Below, one piece after another: positions 27,359-38,662 of a stretch of DNA of 64,000 bases. The notes beneath the pieces are model-generated. The model searched no databases and had not been told where the DNA came from. It saw nothing but the letters and a program-made list of their open reading frames with translations. The stretch's first letter is position 1. The number at the start of each line of letters is the position of its first letter. The stretch lies in assembly GCA_020630675.1 (NCBI GenBank), contig JAHDIR010000004.1:13688-77687 (forward strand). The letters are read 5' to 3'. A program made the translations under genes and the position numbers. This DNA comes from Bdellovibrionales bacterium. GTDB taxonomy: Bacteria > Bdellovibrionota > Bdellovibrionia > Bdellovibrionales > UBA1609.

Positions 27359-29389
27359 TTACAACATGTTTACGGGGTCGATGTCGACTAAGACTTTTAC
27401 TTGGTTGCCAAAAATTGCTTTTTTATTTTGAAGCATACACTTACAAAAGTGGTGTAGCTTTTGATGGGTCGGAGCTAAGACTAGCATATGGTACCGATAG
27501 ATATTTTTTAATTTAAATAATGGGGCTTGGCTGGGGCCTAGAGCCCTTACGCCGTCCAGGTTAACACTTTCACCAATAACTTTTTGACTAAAGTTTTTTA
27601 GGTTTCCTACACACTGTTCTAGAAGGTCTAGTTTTGAGCTTGAAAATTTAATAAGTGCTAGCCTTGAGTAGGGAGGAAACGAAAGGGAGTTTCTCATTGC
27701 TAGCTCTTCTTTGGCGAAACCATTGAAGTCGTTTTGAATAGCATAGGTAATGCTCGGATGTTCAGTGTTATAAGCCTGAATAATGACATGCCCAGGGTCA
27801 TTAGGGTTGCGTCCGGCTCGACCACTGACTTGGGTTATGAGTTGAAAGCTTCTTTCGTGGCTTCTAAAGTTGGGTAAATTAAAGCCAATGTCAGCCAGGA
27901 TTAAGCCAACACAATGCAAATTGGGAAAGTCTAACCCTTTAGCAATCATTTGTGTTCCCACCATTATATCGATGGTTAGGTTTTCCATGCGTTCGATAAT
28001 ATCTTCGAGTTGGTGGCGATTACTTACTTCATCTCTATCGACACGAGCGACACGAGCTTCGGGGAAAAGTTTTTTAATATCGTTTTCGACTTTTTCCGTG
28101 CCAAGTCCCATGGGTTTAATTTCGATACTGTTACAACCGGGGCAATGATCGGCGAGCACTGCGGAGTAATCACAGTAGTGACAGGTGAGATCTTTTTGCT
28201 TGTGTAACGTTAAAGAAATTTCACAATTGGGGCATTCGTAAACAAAACTGCAATCGGGGCAAATAACTAACTGTGCAATCCCGCGACGATTAAGAAACAA
28301 AGCGGTTTGTTTTTTTTTCGATAAGCAGTCGTCGATGTGATCATATAAAGTTCGGCTTAACCAAAAGGGGAGCTCTGAATCATTACTGGTTTCACTTGTT
28401 CGGCCACTTCTTTCTTGCTTTAGGTCAATCACTTGAGCTTCAGGCATAGCTTGTTTGTGAACCCGTTGAGTCATTTGATGATAAAAATATTTACCAGCCT
28501 GAGCTTGTTGAAAGCTTTCAAGGCTGGGAGTTGCTGAGCCAAGAATAATTGGGCAATTATGATATTTTCCCAAAACAATAGCTGAGTCTCTGGCATGGTA
28601 TTTTAACTTTTCTTCTTGTTTAAAACTAGGCTCATGCTCTTCATCAATAATAATAATCCCAACATCATCAATGGGACAAAACAAAGCAGAGCGAGCTCCA
28701 ATTAAAATTTTTTTCTCTTTAGAAAAAGCACTCCACCATTGATTTGTTTTTTCCCTGGCGGTGAGCTGTGAATGAATAATAGCGACCTGATCGGGAAAGC
28801 GGGCGGCAAATCTTTTTAAGAGTTGAGGAGTTAAAGAAATTTCTGGAACTAAGATAAGAGCAGACTGCCCCCGATCAAGACAATCAGAAATTAAACTTAA
28901 ATAAACTTCTGTTTTTCCAGAGCCAGTTACCCCGTGCAAAAGGTGAGTTGCAAACCCTTTTTGATCCTTGATGTTTTTAATGACATTTTGCTGTTCATCT
29001 GTGAGATCCGGTTGATAACTAGTTTCAATATCAGGAATAACCTGGTGTTTTGTTTTTCTTTGGCTGTTTTTCTTTAAGGGCGGAAAAGCTAAATCTAAGA
29101 CCATACCTAATGGGTAGAAATAATAATTTGAAACCCACTGACACCAGCTCATAAATTTTTTACTGAGTAAGGGGCGCTCAGTATTTACAGATGAAATAGA
29201 TTTTAATTTAAAATTTGATTCGTATTTTTCAAGGCTATCAACAATAACCCCTTTTACTTTTCGTCGCCCCAAAGGCACTTCAACAGAGGCGCCTATTTGC
29301 AAATCTAAGCTAGGGTCATTATTAATGTAGGTAAGGCTTTCATCAATGGGAGCACTGACTCCTACCTGTAAGTATTTTTTTTCCTGCAT
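27359..29389 (-). CDS. priA: Primosomal protein N' (replication restart helicase PriA)
   Basis: GVTGSGKTEVY, IIIDEEHE, the Cys-rich zinc insertion (CPDC...CPNC...CHYC...CPGC) and helicase C motifs. Confidence 0.95.
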   Translation of the reverse strand: MQEKKYLQVGVSAPIDESLTYINNDPSLDLQIGASVEVPLGRRKVKGVIVDSLEKYESNFKLKSISSVNTERPLLSKKFMSWCQWVSNYYFYPLGMVLDLAFPPLKKNSQRKTKHQVIPDIETSYQPDLTDEQQNVIKNIKDQKGFATHLLHGVTGSGKTEVYLSLISDCLDRGQSALILVPEISLTPQLLKRFAARFPDQVAIIHSQLTAREKTNQWWSAFSKEKKILIGARSALFCPIDDVGIIIIDEEHEPSFKQEEKLKYHARDSAIVLGKYHNCPIILGSATPSLESFQQAQAGKYFYHQMTQRVHKQAMPEAQVIDLKQERSGRTSETSNDSELPFWLSRTLYDHIDDCLSKKKQTALFLNRRGIAQLVICPDCSFVYECPNCEISLTLHKQKDLTCHYCDYSAVLADHCPGCNSIEIKPMGLGTEKVENDIKKLFPEARVARVDRDEVSNRHQLEDIIERMENLTIDIMVGTQMIAKGLDFPNLHCVGLILADIGFNLPNFRSHERSFQLITQVSGRAGRNPNDPGHVIIQAYNTEHPSITYAIQNDFNGFAKEELAMRNSLSFPPYSRLALIKFSSSKLDLLEQCVGNLKNFSQKVIGESVNLDGVRALGPSQAPLFKLKNIYRYHMLVLAPTHQKLHHFCKCMLQNKKAIFGNQVKVLVDIDPVNML

Positions 29390-29391
29390 TT

Positions 29392-30237
29392 TTAGCGATA
29401 AACAGAGTAAAAAGTTTCAAGTGTTGAGTTATTGAAGTTAAGCTTAGGCGTTTCACTCAACAAGCTATTTGTGTTCAGCTCGTTGTTAACTTCCTGCTTA
29501 GATAATATTTTTACACTCACTGTAGAAATTTTTATGCTTTTGTCTTCAAGCTGAATCAATGTGAACTGAGGGAGCCAGACCTTTTTTTGAAATTCTTTAT
29601 AGCCAGAGAAGCTAACAACATGGTTTTCATCAAATCTAATTTTACTTAAGTGAAAATTGTCCTGAGTGATCCAAACTGTGGGAGACACAAGATTTTTTGT
29701 CGATAGTTTTTTGGTAATAGCGTAAGAAATTTTACCGTTTGTCCTTGAAAGGTGAGTAAAGAGTTCTGGTGGCTCACTGTTTTGCCCAGAAAAAGTAGAG
29801 AACTTTGGCTCAACTAAAGCCTCAGGAGGAACCATGCCGTTTTGACTAAGTATTTTGCGAAACTCAGGAGCTGATTGTGTATATAAAAAGGGAAGGTAAA
29901 AGTTGTTGCCGATATCAATTTTTGAAAGGCTACCTGATTTGTTTTGTACTTTTGTTGAACCATTATAAATAAAGGCCGCATTTACATGTTGATCTAAAAG
30001 GTGTTTTCCAGAAAGAACAACTTTGTAGGTTTGATCATTCTTCACAAACAAAGTTTCACGCACCGTAAAAACCTTTCCGGTTGATTTTTCTTTGACGGTA
30101 ACGTCTTGAATAACTTTTAGCGGCTTATTACCTCTTGAGCGAGCGAGTTTGGAGGATATAGTCCAAAACTTGGGGATGTAAGAGAATGAGGGTAGAGAAA
30201 AAGTTAAAATAAATAGAAAAAGAAATAGTTTATTCAT
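29392..30237 (-). CDS. Hypothetical secreted protein
   Basis: Signal peptide MNKLFLFLFILTFSLPSFS. It is translationally coupled between galU (ATGA overlap) and priA. No domain recognised. Confidence 0.45.
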   Translation of the reverse strand: MNKLFLFLFILTFSLPSFSYIPKFWTISSKLARSRGNKPLKVIQDVTVKEKSTGKVFTVRETLFVKNDQTYKVVLSGKHLLDQHVNAAFIYNGSTKVQNKSGSLSKIDIGNNFYLPFLYTQSAPEFRKILSQNGMVPPEALVEPKFSTFSGQNSEPPELFTHLSRTNGKISYAITKKLSTKNLVSPTVWITQDNFHLSKIRFDENHVVSFSGYKEFQKKVWLPQFTLIQLEDKSIKISTVSVKILSKQEVNNELNTNSLLSETPKLNFNNSTLETFYSVYR

Positions 30238-31118
30238 GAGAGTTCCTTGGCTATTTTTAAAATATAGGCCTTTACGTCCTCTTTGATTTCAGGGTGCCTG
30301 AGGGCATAATCTATATTGGCTTGTATATAACCGAGTTTATTTCCGGTGTCGTATCGTTGACCTTTAAAAGTAATGGCCTCAAGACCTTCTTTCTGGGCTA
30401 GCTGAACCATACCGTCGGTGAGTTGAATTTCACCATTTTTACCAGGCTTTGTGTTTTTTAAATAATCAAAAATTTCAGAAGCAAACACATATCTTCCAGG
30501 CAAAGCATATTGAGATGGAGAGTTTTCTGGTTCAGGTTTTTCAACGACATCTTTAACTTTAAAACGATGGCTATCAAGAACATCTATATCTATGATGCCA
30601 TACTTGGAAACTTCATTAGCTTCAACTTTCATGGTGGCGACCGTCGATACGGAATGTTCGTTATAATGAAGCACAAGTTGCTCAGTTACAGAGGGAGTGC
30701 TTGGAGCTGTGTACATAATTTCATCAGGAAGCAAAAGTGCAAAAGGGTCTTTACCAACAACATGATGAGCACTATAAACAGCATGACCAAGGCCCAACGC
30801 TTCTTTTTGTCTAACACTAATGATGTTGCAGTAATCTTTTAAATACTTAATGCGATCAAGAAGTTCTATTTTATTTTTTTTCAAAAGTTGGTCTTCTAAT
30901 TCATAAGAAACATCAAAAAAATCTTCAATAGAATATTTACCACGGCCTTGAATTAAAACAATGTCTTCTACCCCAGCTTTTACTGCTTCTTCAATGGTGT
31001 AAAGCAAGTTGGGCTTGTCCACGAGAGGTAACATTTCTTTAGGAATGGTTTTTGTGATGGGTAAAAATCTTGTGCCAAATCCAGCAGCAGGAATGACGGC
31101 TTTTTTTATAGTTTTCAT
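30234..31118 (-). CDS. galU: UTP--glucose-1-phosphate uridylyltransferase
   Basis: KAVIPAAGFGTRFLPITKTIPKEMLP, plus VEKP and QLTD motifs. Confidence 0.93.
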   Translation of the reverse strand: MKTIKKAVIPAAGFGTRFLPITKTIPKEMLPLVDKPNLLYTIEEAVKAGVEDIVLIQGRGKYSIEDFFDVSYELEDQLLKKNKIELLDRIKYLKDYCNIISVRQKEALGLGHAVYSAHHVVGKDPFALLLPDEIMYTAPSTPSVTEQLVLHYNEHSVSTVATMKVEANEVSKYGIIDIDVLDSHRFKVKDVVEKPEPENSPSQYALPGRYVFASEIFDYLKNTKPGKNGEIQLTDGMVQLAQKEGLEAITFKGQRYDTGNKLGYIQANIDYALRHPEIKEDVKAYILKIAKELS

Positions 31119-31290
31119 GAACTCAGAAAAACATAGAATAGATAGTCAGTCAAAGGAGAAAAGCCTTATCAAAAGGGCTTAGAAGTGTTTCAGAATGATA
31201 AAATTCGAGACAAATGTCTAACATTGATAGTCCTATTCTCGAAAAGAGATTATAATTTATTATAGGGATTCAATTTTTGGGGAGACTGAT

Positions 31291-32586
31291 TTGTCCGTTC
31301 TAGAAAGACTAAAAAAAAGAAGTTTAGTGATTCTACTCTTTAGTTTATTTTTATGTATATTTGCATTTCAAAACTGTGCTCAAACAGACCTGGAAAACCA
31401 AGACTTAAGTTCAGAGTCTGATGATTCAAGTCACAGTCAATACACTTCAGACTCAGTTCCATTTGCATATAAAATATCTGCTGACCATATTGCCTTAATG
31501 ACTTGCCCCACATCAAATCAGAGGGGTACGGGTTATTTTACTTATAAATGGGGAGCCTATCGGAATGGCCTAGTTTTTCGTCCTAAAGATGGGCTGGGCC
31601 TTTCAGAAGATTTTTTAGCCGAGTATGGGAGCCATGTAAACGCTAAGAAATTTGACATTCTATCAAGTAGCCCTAAAAACTCCAACCTTAACATTGTGTC
31701 GGCATTATACGATCAAGGAAACTACTCTTTAGCTCTTGTTTTTGATAATTTTCAAACTGGCCTGATGAACACAACCAGTTCTTATTCTGTAAATAATTAC
31801 CTGCAAGACGTTATTTTAGCTAGTGGAGATGGAGCTAATTACTTTTCAAATATTCCTGTTGGCTCTTCTTCAGCAAGAAACCTCGAGGCCAGTCTTTATC
31901 GTCAAAGTGTTTCAGGTTACTCCAGCCCTTTAAATGATGAGTTCTCTTATGTTCTTGAACAAAGAATGAAAAATAAAGAGTTGGCTATTGGCTTTGCACA
32001 TAAAGAAAAACTATCTGGAGGTTATCCACTTATTAATGAAGATGGTAGTTACATTCCACAAAAAGCTGCGGGAACGGGTTATACTTTAAGTTATGGAAGG
32101 GTGGGGTCTTTTGATAGATATTTAACTAATATTTTTGAGCGCCCTTTATCAGGAGAAGCGAGTGGTCAGGCCCAATGGCAGTGTGCCGCCAACATGAGAT
32201 TTAAAATTGTACAAAGAGGAGATCTTAATGAAACCAACTGTAACCCTCGACCTATTAGCGCAAGCTTATTAAATGCCAATACCACACAAGGGCAGAGGTT
32301 TAGATCTATTGCCAATATTATAGACTTGTCTCAATGGGAGGTTGATGTTGATAATTATTGTGTGGTTAGAAAAAACCGGGCTTTAAATGATCCGTGTTAC
32401 AACAGTAGCTATTATGGTTACCAAGTGAATGGAGTAAAACAAACGAATATCACTGATATTCAAGTCGACTATTCAGAAACTAGATGTGTGAATGACCCTA
32501 TTGAAAATTTTTCCGGTGGAGGAACTACCGCTGCTCGATATTATATTTGCCCACACTATATTAGTATTTGCATTAAATCTTTTTAA
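31291..32586 (+). CDS. Hypothetical Cys-rich lipoprotein
   Basis: TTG start after GGGGAG and lipobox AFQNC. Eight further Cys occur in the mature part. No family recognised. Confidence 0.5.
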   Translation: MSVLERLKKRSLVILLFSLFLCIFAFQNCAQTDLENQDLSSESDDSSHSQYTSDSVPFAYKISADHIALMTCPTSNQRGTGYFTYKWGAYRNGLVFRPKDGLGLSEDFLAEYGSHVNAKKFDILSSSPKNSNLNIVSALYDQGNYSLALVFDNFQTGLMNTTSSYSVNNYLQDVILASGDGANYFSNIPVGSSSARNLEASLYRQSVSGYSSPLNDEFSYVLEQRMKNKELAIGFAHKEKLSGGYPLINEDGSYIPQKAAGTGYTLSYGRVGSFDRYLTNIFERPLSGEASGQAQWQCAANMRFKIVQRGDLNETNCNPRPISASLLNANTTQGQRFRSIANIIDLSQWEVDVDNYCVVRKNRALNDPCYNSSYYGYQVNGVKQTNITDIQVDYSETRCVNDPIENFSGGGTTAARYYICPHYISICIKSF

Positions 32587-32593
32587 ACAAATT

Positions 32594-33706
32594 TTATTTT
32601 TTTTCAAATAGCGCAATGGTTTCAATATGTGAAGTTTGAGGAAACATATCAAGCCCCTCGAAGAAATTGAGTTGAAACCCTTGTTCCATTAACTTCTTAC
32701 TGTCTCGTTCAAATGTAGCAAGATTACAACTTACATATATAATTCTTTGGGCTTCTTTAATGTTAGCAAACAACCCAGGGTGACAGCCAGTTCTTGGTGG
32801 GTCCAGAATCACTAAGCTATCTTTCAGAGCGGGCTTTTTTTGAAAATATTTTTCAACTTTGTTAGATACAAAACTAATTTTTTCATCAGGGTCTTTTTTC
32901 TTAGCAATTTTTATGTTCTCGCGACTTAATTCGATTCCAAAAATCTCAACTTCAGAAAACTGTTCTAGGATAGGAAAAGTGAAGTTTCCTTGTCCGCAAT
33001 AAGTGTCATAAATACGAGAATAAGTTTGTCCTTGGCACAGTTTTAAAACTTTTTGAATCATAATTTGATTCACAGGGGTGTTCACTTGAGAGAAGAGACT
33101 GGTGACAACAGGTAAACTTGGGTTTCGGACAATGGCTTGACCAGATGTGGTTAAGGCAATTTCAAACTTTTTAGGTAGAGGATTCTTCGGTTGTTGGCAG
33201 ATTTCTGAGAGTTTATTGTTAATTTCTTCTTCGGCAATGAGGCACTTTTCAATATTTACTAACGTGTGAGTTTTGAGTTGAAAGTAGCCAACTTTGTTTT
33301 TTAGTTTATGAAGTTGAATTCTATTTCTATAATTAAAGGCATTAGGGGCCGAAGTTATATGAGGGGTAATCTGTGATTGCTGAAGATTTTTAAGAGTCTT
33401 TTCAAGAAAAGATTTTTTTTGGGCTATCTGCTGCGAGTAATCTATATGTTGCCACTGGCAGCCTCCGCAAGCTTCGAAGTATTGGCACTTAGGAGTAATG
33501 CGATAAGGGGATTTTTTTTTCAAAGACAGAAGCTGGGCTGTGGCAAAATTTTTTTTAACAGAATCAATGCGCACTAGAGCGATATCTTCAGGTGCTGTGT
33601 TGGGAACAAAAACCACAAAATTATTATGGCGGCCGATTCCACGGCCCCCATTATATGTGAGTCGATCAATTAAAATTTCGATCTCTTGACCGAGCTCAGG
33701 CTTCAT
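32594..33706 (-). CDS. RNA (uracil-5-)-methyltransferase, RlmD/TrmA family
   Basis: TRAM-like N-terminus, a 4-Cys cluster region (CQYFEACGGCQWQH) and the SAM-MTase motifs DTYCGQGNF and ILDPPRTG. Confidence 0.8.
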   Translation of the reverse strand: MKPELGQEIEILIDRLTYNGGRGIGRHNNFVVFVPNTAPEDIALVRIDSVKKNFATAQLLSLKKKSPYRITPKCQYFEACGGCQWQHIDYSQQIAQKKSFLEKTLKNLQQSQITPHITSAPNAFNYRNRIQLHKLKNKVGYFQLKTHTLVNIEKCLIAEEEINNKLSEICQQPKNPLPKKFEIALTTSGQAIVRNPSLPVVTSLFSQVNTPVNQIMIQKVLKLCQGQTYSRIYDTYCGQGNFTFPILEQFSEVEIFGIELSRENIKIAKKKDPDEKISFVSNKVEKYFQKKPALKDSLVILDPPRTGCHPGLFANIKEAQRIIYVSCNLATFERDSKKLMEQGFQLNFFEGLDMFPQTSHIETIALFEKK

Positions 33707-33717
33707 AAATCTAATAT

Positions 33718-34143
33718 TTAATGGTTACAGATTTCGTTTTTTTCAAAAAACAAATTAAGTTCTCTAGCCGCACTTTCAGGAGAGTCACTTCCGTGAACAG
33801 CATTTTCTCCGACGTTGTCACCAAACTCGGCACGGATGGTTCCAGCTTCTGCTTCAGAGGGGTTTGTTGCTCCCATGATTTCACGATTTTTAGCAATTGC
33901 ATTTTCGCCATGAAGAGCCATAAGCATAACTGGAGCAGACGTCATAAAAGAAACAAGCTCGCCAAAGAAAGGTCTTTCTTTATGTTCAGCATAGAACTCT
34001 TCTGCCTTATCTTTTGATAGGTGAGAAATTTTAGCCGCCGCAATTTTAAGTCCTTGGCTTTCGAATTTTGTAATGATGGCACCAATGGCATTTTTTTTCA
34101 TAGCATTGGGCTTGATGATACTGAATGTAGTTTCCATAGACAT
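33718..34143 (-). CDS. ndk: Nucleoside diphosphate kinase
   Basis: [11 protein letters not shown]...NAVHGSDS, the full NDK pattern. Confidence 0.96.
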   Translation of the reverse strand: MSMETTFSIIKPNAMKKNAIGAIITKFESQGLKIAAAKISHLSKDKAEEFYAEHKERPFFGELVSFMTSAPVMLMALHGENAIAKNREIMGATNPSEAEAGTIRAEFGDNVGENAVHGSDSPESAARELNLFFEKNEICNH

Positions 34144-34263
34144 AGTTAACCTCTTTTAAAATGTTTGTTTGTATTGGATATAGTACTAAATCAATGAATA
34201 GGCAAATGCTGTTGTTGGGTCGCCTTAGAACTTTAAAGTACTGAAATAACAATGAAATATTTG

Positions 34264-34294
34264 AATAAAAAAGCCCTCAAAAAAAATGAGGGCT
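34264..34294 (-). terminator. Rho-independent terminator after sucD
   Basis: Stem AGCCCTCA/TGAGGGCT (34272-34279 and 34287-34294). On the minus strand it is followed by a T-run (plus-strand A-run 34264-34271). Confidence 0.75.
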
Positions 34295-34369
34295 TTAATA
34301 AAATTTAAATGTCTAAAGCTCTATTAAAAGTAAAGACTCAGAGCTATTTTGATCAAAAAAGAAGTAAAA

Positions 34370-35239
34370 TTATCCTAAGCTTTTTTGAAGTGTCGTTCCG
34401 AGCTCACCTGGGCTTTTTGCAATACTGCAACCAGCAGCGGCTAAAGCTTCAAATTTGGCCTCGGCCGTTCCTTTTCCACCACTAATTATGGCTCCGGCGT
34501 GTCCCATGCGTTTGCCTGGAGGCGCCGTTGCACCAGCAATAAAAGCAGTGACCGGTTTTTTGAACTCCCGTTTTATGTATTCTGCAGCTTCTTCTTCAGC
34601 AGAGCCACCAATTTCTCCAATCATGATAACTGCGTCAGTTTCGTCATCTTTATTATACATTTCAAGAACATCAATAAAGTTGGTTCCATTTACAGGGTCT
34701 CCACCGATACCTACGCAAGTACTTTGCCCTAAACCTAAAGCAGAGAGTTGCCCAACAGCCTCATAAGTTAAAGTGCCTGAGCGGGAAAGCACTCCAATTC
34801 GACCAGGTTTGTGAATATGTCCGGGCATGATTCCAATTTTACATTGTCCAGGAGTGATAACTCCAGGGCAGTTTGGGCCAACCAACCTAGTTTTTTTGCC
34901 CTTCATGTAGCGAGCCACTTTAACCATATCTAAAACAGGAATACCTTCAGTGATACAGATGGCTAAGTCTAATTCGGCATCGACAGCTTCCATAATGGCA
35001 TCAGCAGCAAATGGAGGTGGAACATAAATAGCCGTTGCATTGGCTCCTGTTCTTTCTACGGCTTCGGCTACAGTATTAAATACAGGTAGATTGATATGAG
35101 TAGTTCCGCCTTTTCCAGGAGTCACTCCACCGACCATTTGTGTACCATAAGCAACAGCTTGCTCAGAGTGGAAGGTTCCATTGGCGCCAGTGATTCCTTG
35201 GCAAATGACTTTTGTATCTTTATTTATCATAATGGCCAT
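34370..35239 (-). CDS. sucD: Succinyl-CoA synthetase alpha subunit
   Basis: [18 protein letters not shown] and the phospho-His loop GHAGAII. Confidence 0.97.
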   Translation of the reverse strand: MAIMINKDTKVICQGITGANGTFHSEQAVAYGTQMVGGVTPGKGGTTHINLPVFNTVAEAVERTGANATAIYVPPPFAADAIMEAVDAELDLAICITEGIPVLDMVKVARYMKGKKTRLVGPNCPGVITPGQCKIGIMPGHIHKPGRIGVLSRSGTLTYEAVGQLSALGLGQSTCVGIGGDPVNGTNFIDVLEMYNKDDETDAVIMIGEIGGSAEEEAAEYIKREFKKPVTAFIAGATAPPGKRMGHAGAIISGGKGTAEAKFEALAAAGCSIAKSPGELGTTLQKSLG

Positions 35240-36408
35240 TAGGCACCTCCCTTAACAGCATCAACAATTTTTTTGGCGGCATCATTTAAATCGTCAGCAG
35301 GAATAATATTTAGCCCACTTTCTGAAAGAAGTTTTTTGCCCAGTTCCACATTTGTACCTGCCAAACGAACAACTAGAGGTACTTCTAAACCAAGATCTTT
35401 AGTCGCGGCAATGACACCTTCAGCAATAATATCACACTTCATAATACCGCCAAAAATATTAACTAAAACCCCTTTTACGTTAGGGTCCTTGAGAATAAGT
35501 TTAAAAGCATTTGTTACCTTTTCTTTATCAGCTCCACCGCCGACATCTAAAAAGTTAGCTGGCTCACTTCCGTGAAGTTTAATAATATCCATAGTTGCCA
35601 TAGCTAAACCAGCACCATTTACCAAACAGCCAATACTGCCATCTAATTTAATAAAAGCTAAATCACTTTTACTGGCTTCAATTTCAGCAGGGTCCTCTTC
35701 AGTAAGGTCACGATACTCCATGATATCAGGCCTTCTGTACAAAGAGTTTGAGTCGAAATTCATTTTTGCATCGAGAGTTATAACGTCACCTTGCTTAGTT
35801 TCAACAAGAGGGTTGATCTCAGCAATTGAGCAATCTTTACTTACAAAAGCATTGTAAAGGCCAATGAATTGCTTAACGGCTTTATTTACAACTTTACCTT
35901 TCATACCAATGGCAAAAGCAAGCTGTCTGGCTTGAAAAGGCATTAGGCCCGTTACAGGGTCAACAACAACTTTATGAATGAGTTCAGGTGTTTTATCGGC
36001 AACTTCTTCAATGTCCATTCCACCTTCAGAGCTGGCCATCATCACTACTCGATCTGTTGCACGGTCAACAAGAGCAGCAACATAGTATTCTTTTTCAATA
36101 TCACAGCCCTGCTCAATAAATACCTTATTGACTTGCTTACCTTCAGGGCCAGTTTGATGCGTGATTAGCTGCATGCCAATAATACTTTGGGCATGCTCAC
36201 GAACTTCATCTAAAGATTTGGCTAGTTTAACGCCGCCGCCTTTTCCGCGACCACCAGCATGAATTTGTGCCTTAACAACCCATAGTGATCCTCCCATTTC
36301 TTTGGCAGCATCCACGGCTTGATCAGGGGTATCGGCAACAATTCCTTTCAGGGTGGCAATATTAAAATTACGCAAAACCTCTTTTGCTTGATACTCATGT
36401 ATATTCAT
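35239..36408 (-). CDS. sucC: Succinyl-CoA synthetase beta subunit
   Basis: [12 protein letters not shown] start (ATG at 36408 preferred over the upstream TTG) and an ATP-grasp fold. It overlaps sucD by 1 nt. Confidence 0.97.
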   Translation of the reverse strand: MNIHEYQAKEVLRNFNIATLKGIVADTPDQAVDAAKEMGGSLWVVKAQIHAGGRGKGGGVKLAKSLDEVREHAQSIIGMQLITHQTGPEGKQVNKVFIEQGCDIEKEYYVAALVDRATDRVVMMASSEGGMDIEEVADKTPELIHKVVVDPVTGLMPFQARQLAFAIGMKGKVVNKAVKQFIGLYNAFVSKDCSIAEINPLVETKQGDVITLDAKMNFDSNSLYRRPDIMEYRDLTEEDPAEIEASKSDLAFIKLDGSIGCLVNGAGLAMATMDIIKLHGSEPANFLDVGGGADKEKVTNAFKLILKDPNVKGVLVNIFGGIMKCDIIAEGVIAATKDLGLEVPLVVRLAGTNVELGKKLLSESGLNIIPADDLNDAAKKIVDAVKGGA

Positions 36409-36457
36409 ATTCAAATATCCTTTGCGTTTTTGCTAAACGCTAATCTTGTGTAAGCAA

Positions 36458-37399
36458 TTAGTAATCTAACTTTTGTAAACTAGAAACCAAACCTTTAACG
36501 GCATCAACAGAGTTTTGCAGACCAGCTTTTTCCGTTTCATTCAGTTCAACTTCAATGACTTTTTCAAGGCCTTTACCACCAAGTTGGCAAGGTACACCTA
36601 AAAACATTCCTTCAACGCCATATTCTCCCTCTAAGAAAGCAGCACATGGAAGAATTCTTTGCTGATCTTTAATGATCGCCTCAGCCATACAAACGGCACT
36701 GGCAGAAGGTGCATAATAGGCTGAGCCCGTTTTAAGTAATCCAACGATTTCAGCTCCACCTTTGCGTGTGCGCTCAACGAGAGCATCCACTTTATCTTTT
36801 GGCAACATTTCAAGAAGTGGAACTCCACCAATTGAGCAATGTCTTGGCATAGGAACCATTGTGTCTCCATGTCCACCCAGCACAAAAGCGTGAATGTCTT
36901 TTACGGAAACTCCAGTTGCCTCGGCAACAAATGAGCGAAAGCGTGCGCTGTCAAGAACGCCGGCCATGCCAATAATTCTTTCCTTAGGAAAGCCAAGCGT
37001 TTCTTTGGCAACAAAGGCCATGGCATCAAGGGGGTTACTTACGATGATAACTATAGAGTTGGGAGCATTCTCTTTAATACCTGTACAAACGGATTTCATA
37101 ATCTTAGCATTTGTTGCTAAAAGATCATCACGGCTCATACCCGGTTTTCTTGGAATACCGGCGGTAATAATGACAACATCAGAATCGGCTGTATCTTTAT
37201 AATCAGAGGTTCCAATTACATTTGAGTCAAAGCCTTCCACTGGAGAAGCCTCAAAAAGATCAAGAGCTTTACCTTTAGCTGCTCCATCATTGATGTCTAA
37301 AAGAACTACGTCACCGAGCTCTTTACTGGCTGCCCAATGGGCACATGTAGATCCAACAAAACCGGCACCGATGACCGAGATTTTCTTACGTTTATGCAT
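36458..37399 (-). CDS. mdh: Malate dehydrogenase (LDH-like MDH family)
   Basis: [25 protein letters not shown] and [10 protein letters not shown] place the start at MHKRKK (37399), which has an upstream AAGGCGGA, rather than at 37423. Confidence 0.95.
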   Translation of the reverse strand: MHKRKKISVIGAGFVGSTCAHWAASKELGDVVLLDINDGAAKGKALDLFEASPVEGFDSNVIGTSDYKDTADSDVVIITAGIPRKPGMSRDDLLATNAKIMKSVCTGIKENAPNSIVIIVSNPLDAMAFVAKETLGFPKERIIGMAGVLDSARFRSFVAEATGVSVKDIHAFVLGGHGDTMVPMPRHCSIGGVPLLEMLPKDKVDALVERTRKGGAEIVGLLKTGSAYYAPSASAVCMAEAIIKDQQRILPCAAFLEGEYGVEGMFLGVPCQLGGKGLEKVIEVELNETEKAGLQNSVDAVKGLVSSLQKLDY

Positions 37400-38005
37400 A
37401 ATTTCCGCCTTGTTTAAAGTCATTAAAACATTCGTATAACAGAGTCTCTATAGCTTGTCTTGCGGCAAGCTACATAGGACGCTGCTTAAAAAATAGGTTT
37501 TTATTTAGTGGTCTGTTTTTGGGACCATTGATTCTCCCTTTTTGGTTCAAGACTAATAAAAACCAAAAAAAGGGGAATGGATGAGCTCAATTTTTTTACA
37601 AACCTTTATAATATTTATATGTTTTTTTCATTGGTAGTTGAACAAGTATTAATGAACAAAGACTTAAACTGGTCTAACGAATTTAACAGCTATTTTTGTT
37701 AATTAATATAAGCAGCTTTTGAAAGCGGGGGGCTTATTCGTTAACTAATTTCATATCGTTAGTAATGCTGACTATTCCTTGATGGTATGGGCCTAAGTCA
37801 ATGCTGAGACTGAGCTATTAAATGCTTTTGTTGAGTAAAATGAAAAGTGCTGGTCTAAGGGAGTGTGTTGCTGAGGTCTTTTGGCCATATTGTTGAACAT
37901 GGGTTTCCTGATTCAGTTTGTCTATATAATATAGAGAAAGCAGAGGCTTTAAGTTTTGAAGTAAGCCTCAAAAGTTGCGCTGCAGCATAGCCAAGGAGGG
38001 CCACA

Positions 38006-38605
38006 ATGAAGTCAGCTGTAATATTTTTTATATTGGTTTTCACAGCTCCAATGATCTGTTCGGCTTTTATTTTTGTAGAAAATAAGTCTGGGCGTCATGC
38101 CACTCGAGCTTTTATTCCTAATTTTGATCGGGCTCAGGCTATGAAATCGCAAAGAAAAGTGGGTTTAGGTTTGGCAGCCGCTGGAGTGCATGGAATTGGT
38201 GGCGTCAACTTAGAACTAAATTTAAGGCCGGAACTAAGTTTTTTGGGTGGTGCGGGAGTTTCAAAAAACTTTAATAGTTTTCATGGGCAGATTAAAAGAA
38301 GTTTCTTTGGCAGCGATATTTCTCCTTATGGGGCGCTTGGCTATGCCCACTGGCAAAGTAAAGGGAGTGGAGAAGTTAATGATTCTTTGCCTGGGTTTTT
38401 AAAAGAAAAGTTTCTTAACCCTGAAGAAATTGCCTCTGGAGAGTTTTCTGAAAGTTTGATGTATGGAACTCTAGGTCTTCAGTTTTATCAACTTACCGGT
38501 GACTGGGTGGGCTTGAGTTTGTTTGCTGAGGCAATCGTGATTATGGATATGGACGACTTGAAGTTTGCTCCTACATTTTCTTTAGGAACCACTTATTACT
38601 TTTAA
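38006..38605 (+). CDS. Small outer-membrane beta-barrel protein
   Basis: AAGGAGGG RBS, a signal peptide, alternating strands and a C-terminal aromatic signature ...GTTYYF. Confidence 0.6.
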   Translation: MKSAVIFFILVFTAPMICSAFIFVENKSGRHATRAFIPNFDRAQAMKSQRKVGLGLAAAGVHGIGGVNLELNLRPELSFLGGAGVSKNFNSFHGQIKRSFFGSDISPYGALGYAHWQSKGSGEVNDSLPGFLKEKFLNPEEIASGEFSESLMYGTLGLQFYQLTGDWVGLSLFAEAIVIMDMDDLKFAPTFSLGTTYYF

Positions 38606-38662
38606 AATCATAAAAGAGTTTTCTTTAATTTAAAAATAGGAGCCCCTAACTTATTAAAGGGC

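Noticed and set aside
37855-38043. A 62-aa minus-strand ORF overlapping the start of the OM barrel gene
   Set aside because: It has no RBS and its composition is unremarkable. It overlaps the strong AAGGAGGG RBS and start of the plus-strand gene, so it is probably non-coding.
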